From: Lingula anatina
Taxonomy: Eukaryota; Animalia; Brachiopoda
DNA: 64,000 nucleotides
Direction: 5' to 3'
Assembly: GCA_051362555.1 (NCBI GenBank)
Contig: CM120640.1
Coordinates: forward strand, 66,194,788 to 66,258,787
The stretch's first letter is position 1. Each line of letters begins with the position of its first letter. The notes below the pieces were generated by a model. It was not told where the DNA came from, did no database searches, and saw nothing but the letters and a program-made list of their open reading frames with translations. Both the position numbers and the translations under genes were made by a program. This document shows positions 14,601 to 26,600 of the stretch, in pieces.

Positions 14601-17600
14601 ACGTGCTAAAACACAAGGTGAAACAAGTGTGAAAGAGCTCTATGAAGAGAAAAGTACTAAACCCAGGCATGAACATGAAGGGACAGAAAGGGCCTTGAGT
14701 ACCCCCATCAAACCACCAAGTAAAAGCACACCTGCGGCAACAACTACACCAAAGCAGACATTCTTGCTTAAGGCTGAATCAGTCAAGCAGAGATGGTCAG
14801 ATAATTGGACTGAGAACTTTACTTCCATAAACAATGCCCTTGTCAATTTGGAGGCCAGCCAGACAGAACTCATTAAAGTCTTACAGACAAACAATGAGAG
14901 ACATAGTACTGAGAACAAAGAAATGAGAGATACTATCAAGCAACAGGCAGAAAAGATAAACAATCTGAGACAGTGTTTCCCCTGCACTTAAATGAGCGAG
15001 GCGCCCGCCTCGATGATATTTGCAAGCGCCTCGCTGAAATTTGTCAAAAGCACCGCCTCGCTGGACTATATGGAACAACAAAGTATATTTTCACTCATGC
15101 TAACTGAAAATTATATTTATTTCTAAGCAAATATGGCATTTTCTGTTTACATACGTAATCCCATGCTTCTGAACACTTGATTTAGTAGTAACGGAAAGAC
15201 GCATGCGCGTATGCCTAAAAATAACCAGCAGTTACTATCTCCCTGTGAGTGCCTCGTTTTCGCAGTTCTGTGCGTTATTTGAAGTATAAGAAACAGAGCG
15301 AAACGAGGCAACTGTTCTTGACACCATTTAATCACGTGTCAAGAATACACTTTCTCTATCACTTCATGTTCCGAAATTCAGACCGCCTGTTGTTTGTTTT
15401 TATAGTTTACGAATATTCACTGATAAAAAAGGAGCAAATAAAGTGGACTTCGTTGATTTTATAAACTTGGAGAAGATTTTCTATTGATTTACGGGTGAGT
15501 TTTGTGAAAGCAGTAGCGTTGTAAAACTGGGTCACGTCAGTATTTCGCGTGGAAACCTATGCATTGAATATGAATTTCCATGACTGAATAGAACCATATA
15601 AATGAATAAAAGAAGAACTAAAATTGATGATAAGTGTGATTTTCATCTCTTTAATTCCGAAGCATTCATTTAACGGTGTTTGAAGTTGTTGATTATAAAT
15701 TACATCTCAAACTACGTATAACTAGTAGCGGGAGTCGCTTTGCGCTGAACGACAAGAGAGAGAACTTTTGCGGCAGTTTTATATTAGGATGAAGCGCTCC
15801 CACACGCAAAGTCAATTGACCAGTTACTTTCACAAGAATGTGAAAACGGTAAAAACAACATATTTTATCAACTTTTTGGTCAATTTAAAAATAATTCAAT
15901 GTAGTAAGCCCTTTTTCTCGTAAGTATTAAAGTAGTTAACTTTTTTTTTTTTTGAAAGTACTTCTTTTTTTTTTTTTGAAAGAGTATGTTCTATAAACTG
16001 AAAAGGACTAAACTGAGTGAATGCACAGACTGGAAAATAAATTTTGTCCAAACCTTTGTTATGTCATTACTGAATTTACTCCTCAAAACATCTAAAACAA
16101 GACAATTCAGTGCCACATAAAATGTAAAAAAAATCAGTTCTAAATACCCTAAAATGCACCAAATTGCACCTCGATTTAAAAAATTTTCCGGGGGGGCATG
16201 CCCCCGGACCCCCCTAGTATTGCTGGGATCGCGGACTGCCTACCACCTCGCAGAGCTTGAAAGCCAGGGGAAACACTGTGAGAGATACTGTCAAGCAACA
16301 AACAGAGAAGATAAACAATCTCACCCTTCAGAGTAACCTGCTGCAAACAGAGCTGAATGAAATGAAGAAAATTGTAAAAGAGAATGCAGAAAGAATTGAA
16401 AAGAAAGAACTTGATGAAACACACTCAAACTCACACCAACTCTCACAAAATCATACAAACAGTATGATTACAGATGACTTCCCCAAAAACAAGACTTATG
16501 CAGATATGGTTAAGACTACCAACACTGAAAGCCAAGCCCTACAGGGGACAAGTACTAGTATGTGGAAATCTACTGGAAAAGTTACTTCCCAAAAACACTC
16601 CCTGATACTGTCAGACTCAATATTTAGTAGGATGCACGAGACCCGCACAAAAAGTATGCTTGTAGAGCAGCAGTATGTACGTGGTGGGGTAGAAGAAATG
16701 ATAAAAGCTATCCAAGAATGTGATAAAACAGACTTTGACAGTGTTGTGCTACATACAGGGACTAATGATCTGAAATACTTTGCAGATGGCACAATGACAC
16801 CAGGGATAGCATATGATAAACTAGCATCTACAGCTAAGAAGAAGTTTACAAAGGCTTCAATCATCATGTCAAGTATTCTTCCACGGCAAGACAAGAGTTA
16901 CTATGAAATAAACAATGTCAACAGGTCAATTGAGAAAGTGTGTGAGAAACAAAAACTGAAATTTCAAAATAATGACCCAGTTGTCTGTTATAACTCTGGA
17001 AAAGTGAACAAAAGGATGTTTCATGACAATGTACACCTAAATGATAGACATGGACTCCCTCGTCTACTACTTCATACCAAACACTCACTAGGTGTACACA
17101 GATCTGGAATTCCTCCTTTCCATGAAGACAATGACTGCAACACAGCAAAGGGGCAGAACATCCCCGTCATCATACACACCCGCAGAGATGTCAAACCTGT
17201 TAATCATACCCAAGACACTTACCGCCGTCAGACATATGGAGACTCTGGACACTTACTCTCCCCAAAGTCACATCATCAACATAGAAAGTGGGGGAAAACC
17301 AATGTTTCATGGGGATACATACGCAGAAGAGAACCACAGCTATACATCCATGGCAGGCAGCCACAACATGACAGGGATGAGAGACATTGGCCATATAGCA
17401 GACAGCAAATCTTCTCAGGCACTCATTTTGACACTCGCTCCTGGGATTAAATGAGCATATGTAAACATGATAAACAAAGAACTGGAAAAGTATTAAGGAT
17501 AAGTAATGTGTATAATAAGTACTCCAAATGTCCATGCCATATTCTTATCAAGTCCAACCAACTCAGTAAGTACAAAATGTTTTAACCAATTATTACTGTA

Positions 17601-20600
17601 AAAATGTAAGTTGTTCAAATCTGAAATTGTTTAAGTTGTTGTAGGTAATCTTTACATTCATGCATATGTGCACCATTACTATCAGTGTTTAAAAAAAAAA
17701 AAAAAAAAAATTTTTTAAGTTTAATTCCAAATTAAGTGATGTCAGCAAGGATCCACTGCCTTGTTCATTAATATCAGTTTTTATATAATGAAAAAAGTAC
17801 ATTCGGATAGCATCAAAGTTGGCTCATGGAACATCCATGGAGTAGGCTGTAAGCTGGAAGATGCTGAACTAGTGAGGAAAATTTCTAGTTTTGATATATT
17901 AGCTTTAGTGGAGACCTGGTCTGATAATGATAGCAAGATAGAAATTCCAGGCTTTGTATCATACAGTAGTTGTAGAAAAAAATCAAAGAGAGCCAAGAGA
18001 AACTCAGGTGGGATTGTAGCATTTGTTAGAAAATCAGTGACTGCTGGAGTTACCAAGTTAGAAAGCAAGTGTGAAGATATTCTGATTCTAAAATTGAGCA
18101 AATTCTACTTTGGGTTTAGGCGTGATGTCATCCTTGTCACAGTCTACATAAGTCCCCCCAACTCTGTGATCAATGAAAATGCAGACCCATATGATAAACT
18201 TACAGCTGAACTTACAACAGTGTCAGCTAACTGTGATATAATTATCCAAGGGGATTTCAATGCCAGAACGAAAGTTAACTCAGACTTTATCACAGATGAC
18301 AGCACAGACTTAACCTTAATTTCTGGGGCCCATTATCTCAGTGATGCATACAACCCACCCCCTCCTAGAAACTCAATGGACTCCCAAAAATCCAATGCAT
18401 TTGGTGGAAAGCTGCTAGAGTTATGCAAAGATTGCAATTTAAGAATCTTAAATGGCCGTAAACTAGGTGATCTACTTGGCAAATATACTTGTTATCAACC
18501 AGCTGGTAACAGCGTTGTTGATTATGTCATCTGTAGTGCCACTTTGTACAGCACCATCCCATACTTTCACGTCAATGATCTGTCAATATTTTCTGACCAC
18601 GCCCTACTTGAACTTAAACTGTACTGCAAAACTACTTACAACAAACATACAAAATCAATTCAGCTGATACCAAAGCCAACTAAATTCATTTGGGAAAATA
18701 ATTCTCATATTAAATTTGTTGAGGCCCTGGGTAACATGGAAACAAAACAAAAGGTTGATTACTTTATGTCACAAGCTCTCTCCCCTGAAGAGGCATTACC
18801 CTTAGTAAATGAAATATTCACAACTGCAGCTGAAAAGGCTCTTAAATCAAGAAAATACACCTCAGTCCACCCTCGAAAAAACAAGAAAAGGGCAACATGG
18901 TACAGCAATGACTTAAAATCTCTGAGGTCCCACTTAAAAAACTTAGCAAAACTTAGGAGCAAGAAACCCTTTGACAATTCAGTCAATGCATCATACTACC
19001 AAACATTCAATCGTTATAAGAGAGGATGTAAGAAAGCAAAAAAAGAATATAAAAAAGGCCTACTTCAAAAGTTGCAATCCATGGAAAATGCAAATCCCAA
19101 ATGTTTCTGGAAAGCGGTTAAAGATTTAAATATGGAGTCTACACAAACTGAATTTATTGAACCAAGTGAATTTTATGAGTATTTTAAAAGTCTTTGTGAG
19201 GAAACTGAATCAAGTAAACACAACTTTGATAAAGACTTCAAGCTTAAAATAGAAAATAAACTAAGGCAAAGTGAAATAAATTCTCCAGACAGAACTGCAC
19301 TTGACCATGACATTAGTGCTGATGAGATCATGAGCAATATAAAAAAATTGAAAAACGGCAAATCAACAGGGGAAGACAAGGTAACCAACGAAATGATAAA
19401 ATCAGGGAAGGATTATCTTATAGATGTAATTGTAAAATTGTTCAATATCATATACAAAAGTGCTAAGTACCCATCAATATGGAACAAGGCATATATAGTC
19501 CCTATCCACAAATCTGGTGATGAATCAAATGTTAACAACTACAGGGGAATATCTATTACAAGCTGCCTCGGAAAGCTGTACAACTCGGTCCTGTTAAACA
19601 GAATTCAAGCACACGCATCCCAACAAGGGGTACCCCTACCTCATCAAACTGGGTTTAAACATGGTCATGGTACTTCAGATAATATCTTTATATTTAAGTC
19701 CATTATTACAAAATTTATGAAAGGAAAGAAAAAATTATACACATGTTTCATTGACTTTTCAAAAGCATTCGATAGTGTTTGGAGGAACGGACTACTGTTC
19801 AAACTAAGTACTCTAGGAATAAGAGGACTTATGTACAAAAACATTAAAAGCATGTATGAAAACTCCCAAGCATGTGTTAAGACAAGTAGTGGTATATCCC
19901 CGGCCTTTAATACAACACTAGGTGTAAAACAAGGTGACACATTGAGCCCGTTTCTTTTTAATATTTTTATTGATGACCTTCTAAGATCAATTGATGGCGA
20001 AAGTGCTGCAAGTCCAGATATAAACGGAATACCAATACAAGGTTTACTCTATGCTGATGACCTCATCCTTATGTCCAAGACCCCCAATGGGCTAAGGCAA
20101 AGTTTGGAAATAGTAGAAAATTTCTGTAACAAGTGGAGACTGACTGTAAATGTCACCAAAACTAAAATAGTTATTTTCAACTCAAAATCAAAAGCTCACA
20201 GTGAAAAATTTTTTCTGTATGGAAAACCAATCCAAGAGGTCAACAAATACATGTATCTAGGTCTCCTTCTAAATCGATCAGGAAGCTTTACAGAAACCAA
20301 AAATAATCTCCTACAACGTGCTACAAAGGCATTCTTCAGTTTGTCCAAGTCTCTTCCACTTCAGAGTAATGTTAACACATCCTTAAAAGAGAAATTATTT
20401 GATACCCTCATTTCCCCAATCCTTACATATTGCTCAGAGATATGGGGCTACTCGGTGTCAACGGATAACTGCCCTACAGAAAAGTTGCACTTAAAATTTT
20501 GCAAACAAATCCTTGGCCTCCATCAAAACGTATCAAACTATGGTGTATACACTGAACTTGGCCGCCTTCCCCTCTATACCAAAATACAGTTTGCATCTGT

Positions 20601-23600
20601 CAAACTATGGTGTAAAATTATTCAAATGTCTGATGCTACACTAATGAAACAAGCGTACATACAAGAGATAAATAGTTACAAGTTGCTGACACCCTATGTC
20701 CCACCCGCAGTCCACACACTCAGACCAGCTTGTATGTCATGGTCTGAGGGTATTCGAAACATCCTTTTCACATTTGGCCTTGGTGATGTGTGGCTTAGCC
20801 AGTCACCTCCAAAAAACTTCACCACAATTTTCAAACAAAGACAAACTGACCACTTTACCCAAATATGCAACAGCAAACTTCAAGCCAACAGTAAATTATC
20901 TCTCTTCCGTATACTTAACCAAAAGTGTGAAAGGGCAACTTATGTTGATAAAATAACAAATTACGACACCTTGTCAACCCTTGCTAAACTACGTCTGAGT
21001 GACCATAAACTCCACATCGAAACTGGGCGGCACACCAGGCCAAAAACTGAAAGGTGCGACAGAATCTGTCACCTGTGCACACAAGGGGTAATTGAGGATG
21101 AATACCATTTTATATTCCAATGCCCAATGTACAAAACAGACCGAGTCACCTTTTTCAGTAAAACCTCATTCCTAAAAGCTGATTCAAGGTCACCAGACAG
21201 TCAATTATGCCATGTATTTAACAGTGCCAACAAAGATACTTTAGTGTCCCTCTCCAACTTTATAATCAAATCATTCAAGAAAAGAAGTGAAGTGGTTGCT
21301 CTGCTTGGTAACTCCTAGCATATCCCTTAAAATGTCAGTGTATGGTGCCACTGTTGTGAGAAGTGACTCGGCAGTGGGACTGAACATGGCACAATATTTA
21401 TATCTGTGTAACTTATTTACTTATCTGTCTTATGTAATTGTCATTAATCGTAATTATCAATGTCATCAAACTGGCTTTGAACAGCCATGTAAACAGCTAT
21501 ATAACGGTGGTTTTAAGTTTTTAAAAAAACATATTCTTTTTGTGTAACATGTTTATACTATGTTTATGTTAAATTTATAATCACACCAAGGTTTATCTCA
21601 TTGCTTAGATAGAATATTCTATGAGTGATTTTACTAGTACTTATCTTCATTATATAAAGATGGTAGTGCACTAACTGTATTGTATCATCATTTGTATATC
21701 ATATTGTACAAGGTCATGACAATCTATGTACCAGTACAGAAATAAATTGAATTGAATTGAATTGAATTAATGCTAAAGATGAATAACAGTGCCTTATTAT
21801 TCTCAAACTCATTAGGGTTATTCATATCATGTTAGTAATTGTACAGCTAGATTAAAAGTTTGAATAGCAGCTTTATTGGTATTTTTTGTTATGTTTTATT
21901 TTACATTTTCTTTTAATTTTTTTATGCTGTTTTTTCACTTTTTTCAACATATATGCAACATTAATAACACAATATAAGAAAAACAGCTTAGCCAATTGTC
22001 ATTATACTCACAGGAGTGGTCAATCTTACAAAAATGCAGGTTGAGTTCGAAAATCAGCGTTATCGGGCCATTATTTTAGAAGTTGTACTGTTTTTTCAAA
22101 TTTCCTCAGATTCAATTCTTAGGCATGTTAACAGTCTCATTATTGAACTAATAAGATACGTAAAAGTGTTTGTTTGATATTTCCTGCATCTTTACAACAT
22201 TGTTAGTTGATTATGAAAAAATGATGGTAAACTTGTTATCATGTATTGTGTAATCAAGTGTCCAAAACGGAAATAAACTCATATCATTGCAGTTTGTCAG
22301 ATTCAATCATCCACATCTGCCATGATGACCATGATGGGAAAACCGTGTTACTTATGATTGTCAAACTTTCAAAAAAGAAACACAGGACTAAAATGCAGCC
22401 CAAGTTGGAAAAGCAGTCTAATAGGCTTCTTTTTCTGGAAGTTATACATTTTAGTGAAATATTCATTATCTTTTTGGCATATTCATTGTGGGACTCGGAG
22501 CTCCCATGGACATGAAGCCGGATGGTAATCAAATTTTCTACATGTTCATGCTATTTATAGTCAATAATCAAAAATTGGTGATAATTATTCTATAATTTAT
22601 TATGTAATGTTACATCAAAATTGACAATAATCTTTTTGCACTGCTACTGCAAACATTATGAAAAGAAAACTGTGTTATTTATTATTATATTTAACTTAAG
22701 AGTATGATTTTTAGGATTGGCATGCAGTTCAAATTAGAAAGCCAGGTCAATTGGGTTATCATTTATTATTGAATTTAATGCAATTTTGTGTGAAATTTCA
22801 TTTTTCTCATTCTGGCACTTTCTAAGTATAAACTTGAACTCTGATGGGCCTGAAGCCTTATGCTTTTACTTTCGTCGGTGTTACCTGTTGTGCAAAATTA
22901 AAATTTGATGTTGACTGTGCAGTTAAACATAATGTATTATTGCATCAGAAGTGGTAGTCTCCTATTTTGTGCATTATTGTTTTGTGCTCTTCTTAAGTTG
23001 TGACTTATGGGCCTGAAAGACCTTTGAGAGGGTCAGTCTATAAATTTCCCTTGGGTATCACTTCGCTAATTTCAGTTATAAAGTAATTTGCCTAATTGAT
23101 AGGCTACATAAAGCACACTTGTGATTTGAGATTACATAAAGCACACTTGTTGATATTTCCCTGTAAACTCCCATAGGTTAAGCTCTCTGCTAGATTAATA
23201 ATAAGGAAGCAGTGATAATTATGCAGGTAAATTTTGTTTAATATTGCAAATAAGTTTTATATATATATATATCAAACTGAAAGATTAAAAGTTTGAATAG
23301 CAGCTTCATTGGAATTATATTTACCTCTGCCAAGGAGGTTATATTTTCACCCCTGTTTGTCATCAACATAACTCAAAAAGTTATGGACCGATTTTGCTGA
23401 AATTTTCAGGAACTGTCAGAAGTGGGCCAAAGAGGACAAAAATCAATAATAATCAACAATTGCTACCTTGGCAGAGGTCTGCACTCTCGGAGTGCTTTTC
23501 TAGTTTTGTTATGTTTTCCTTTATTATTTTTTCTCAAACACTTGCATTTGTGACTTTTAACTCTCATCCGCCTGAGACTCTGACATTTCTGTTTTTCCAC

Positions 23601-26600
23601 ATAAGCAGTTGTATTGTTTTTTATGTCTTTAAACATTATGTTACTTATGTAATATTATTTTATGCACTGTCATCATTTTTCAAATATTGAGACTTACATC
23701 ATGTGAATTTGAACTCTCATGGTCCTGAAACTGTAATCTTATTGAAAGGGTAGATTGAGACCATCTTCTGGGACTTCCGGAAGACAGTCAGGTTATTAAG
23801 TTTATATTGCCTGGTATCTATTTTTTCTTCTGTTGGAAGACCATCAAAATGGAGGATGGATCAAAATAGATACTTTGGAATACTGTCAGAGAATATCTCT
23901 GGGTCCGCTCATGTTATTGACCATTTTACCTGTTGTGCATGATTATAAAATTCAGTGTTGACTGATAGTGCTATTATAAGCATTATTTATTATTGCATCA
24001 AAATTAACAAAATGACCTTTTTTGCATCTTTATTTTCTGTTTTTTTTCACTTTTTTCAGCATATATGCAGCACCGATAACACGATAAGTGGAAAACCATT
24101 TTACTTTTTGGCTTGAAACTTACAAAACTGATGAATATTCATAATACGCAGGTAAAGTTCGAAAATCAGCATGATTGGGTCTTTTTTAGGGAAGTTGTGC
24201 TTTTTTTCCACTTTTTTCAGCATATATGCAGCACCGATAACACAATAAGTGGAAAACGGTTTTACCTTTTGGTTTGAAACTTACAGAACTGATGAATATT
24301 CATAATACGCAGGTCAAGTTCGAAATTCAGCATGATCCGACCATTTTTAGGGAAGTTATGATGTTTTTTTCACTTTTTTTCAACATATATGCAATACAGA
24401 TAACGCGATAAGTGAAGAACCATTTTACCTTTTGGCTTGAAACTTACAGAACTGATGAATATCCATAATCTGCAGGTCAAGTTCAAAAATCAGCATGATC
24501 AGGCTATTTTTAGAGAAGTTGTGCTGTTTTTTCACTTTTTCCAGCTTATATGCAACACCTATTACACATGTTAAGGAAAATTGATTGGCCAATTGTCTTG
24601 AAATTCACAGGAGTGATCAGTGTTACTTAAATACAGATTAAGTTTTGAAAATAAGCTCGATTTGTTAAGTTTTGGTGAAGTTATGCATTTTTTTGTGTAT
24701 AAGTGTTTTTTCCTCAAGTTTATTTCTCAGGCATGTTAACAGTCTCATTTTTGAACTAATTAGATATGTAAAGTTGTTCTTTTGACATTTTCTGCATCTT
24801 AACAATATTGTTATTTGATCATTTAAAAATGATGGTAAACTTGTTATTGTGTATTGTGTAATAAAGTGTCAAAAATTGAAATAAACTCATATCTTTGCAG
24901 TTTGTCAGATTCAATCATTCACTATGTTCAGAATCTCCGAATGGAGCAAATTAGACATAAAATTTTTCTATTGATATTTTACCAATGTCAGCAGTTTTCC
25001 TAGTTGATCATTTAAAAATGACAGTAAATTGATTATTTTGTTTTATGTAAAAAAAGGTGTTGAAAATGGAAAGAAAATCATTTCAGTACAGTTATCTCTT
25101 GTTTACATTTTGACATTTCATGTCACATTTTCTGAAAATCCATGATACTTTTATTTTATTATTAAAATTGATGGTTATTATACTGTTAAGCATTATGTAA
25201 TATTGCATTAAAATGGATTTTGGACACTGCATGATGACCATCAAGGGAAAACCATGTTATTGATGGTACTTACTGAAAAGTTCATCTTGTGTTGGAAAGT
25301 CAGTGTGATTGTTTTCTGTTTTATAAGCAATGCAGTTCTATAGAGTGCTATTTGATGGTACTGTATGGATGGCAGTCTATGAAATTGCCCCTTGGGTGAT
25401 CACTAATTAAATTAAGGTCTATAAAGTCTTGCCTGGTAATTAATTTTCAATTGGCCATTAAATGAGATTACATAAAACACTCATTGAGATTTCCCTGTAA
25501 AGTCCCATAGGTTTAGCTCTCTTAACTGTGTCACATAATTAGGATTTGGTGATAATTATGCAGGTAAATGTTGTTTAATATTGCAAATAAATTTACAACA
25601 GAAAAAAGATTTGTGTTATGCCAACATGCTATAGATGAATAACAGTGCCTTATTTTTCTCAAACTCAGTGGGGTTATTCATATCATATTAATAGCTAGAT
25701 TAAAAGTTTGAATAGCAGTTTTATTGGATTTTTTTCAAAATTATTTTTCAAACACTTGCATGTTCAAGATGTGACTTTTAAGTCCCATCCACCAGAAGTG
25801 CTGTTCATTTTCTGTATTTACACAAGTAGTTGTATTTGTTTTCATGTCTATAAACATTATGTTATATTATTTTATGCACTGTCATCATTTTTCAAATATT
25901 GTGATTTTCATTATGTGAATTTGAACTCTCGTGGTCCTGAAACTGTAATCTTATTGCAGGGGCGGATTGAGACCATCTTCTGGGCCTTCTGGAAGACGGT
26001 CAGATTTTAATGTTTACATTGACGGGTATCTTTTTTTTTCTGTTGGAAGACCATCAAAAATGGAGGATGGATCAACAAAGATAATTTGGAATACTGTCAA
26101 AAAATATCTCTCCTGTTCACTCCTGTTTGACCATGTTATCTGTTGTTCATGATAAAAATTTAGTGTTGATTGACAGCATTATTTATTATTGCATCAAAGT
26201 TGACAAAATGACCTATTTTTGCGTCTTTATTTTCTGTTTTTTGTCTGTACATTTGACAGCTTTGCTGCCTTGTTTTTACGTTTGTGTGATAGGTAACTCT
26301 AAAATGTGAACTAGGCTCATGGTTTTAATGTTGTTCCAGCAAACACTAGCTGGCCACACAGACTATGTCCATAGTGTAGCCCTGAAGAGCCTGAGTGACC
26401 AGTGTGTGACTGGCTCTGAAGATGGCACAGTGAGGCTGTGGGGTAAGAGGGCATCTTGCAGATTTAACCATTTACCAACTGATAGAAACCTCTCCTCTCA
26501 TATCTGTTCTGGAGAATTCATTACTACACCCACATGTACAGCCAATTCTTTTTTATTCCTTGACAACTAGCTAGCTGGCTCAAACCAACTCGGTAACTTC

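Larger units (their letters stand above)
13924..21770 (+). mobile_element. Full-length non-LTR retrotransposon (RTE-X/L2-like LINE)
   Basis: Two ORFs and a 3' tail of AATAA + (ATTGA)n at 21741-21768. It splits a HINE module whose uninterrupted version is at about 25610-25650 (ttgtgttatgccaaca|tgctatagatgaataacagtgcc). TSD ambiguous (ATTAAT occurs on both sides). Confidence 0.9.
11691..26272 (+). mobile_element. Helentron-associated non-autonomous element (HINE/DINE-like), family A copy 1, with internal 161-bp satellite arrays; interrupted by a LINE
   Basis: 5' end TTTTTATGTACAGACACAGATGTGTCTGTACA (sub-TIR + hairpin), then a GTC/GCC microsatellite and 161-bp tandem units (starts 11780, 11941, 12101, 12263; again about 24070-24560). 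3' sub-TIR TGTCTGTACA at 26242-26251, stem-loop GACAGCTTTGCTGCC, then a T-run. No TSD; T-rich target. Confidence 0.8.

Noticed and set aside
14284-14991. Host RNase H1 gene
   Set aside because: Only the N-terminal binding domain is present, with no catalytic domain, and it is in frame with the LINE ORF1 esterase.
14924-16321. Apparent 43-bp target-site duplication around the hAT-like insertion
   Set aside because: It has 4 mismatches and is an in-frame 14-aa coiled-coil repeat of ORF1. The real TSD is TGAGA.
16496-20876. Several minus-strand ORFs over the LINE
   Set aside because: Antisense shadows of ORF1/ORF2 with no recognisable motifs.
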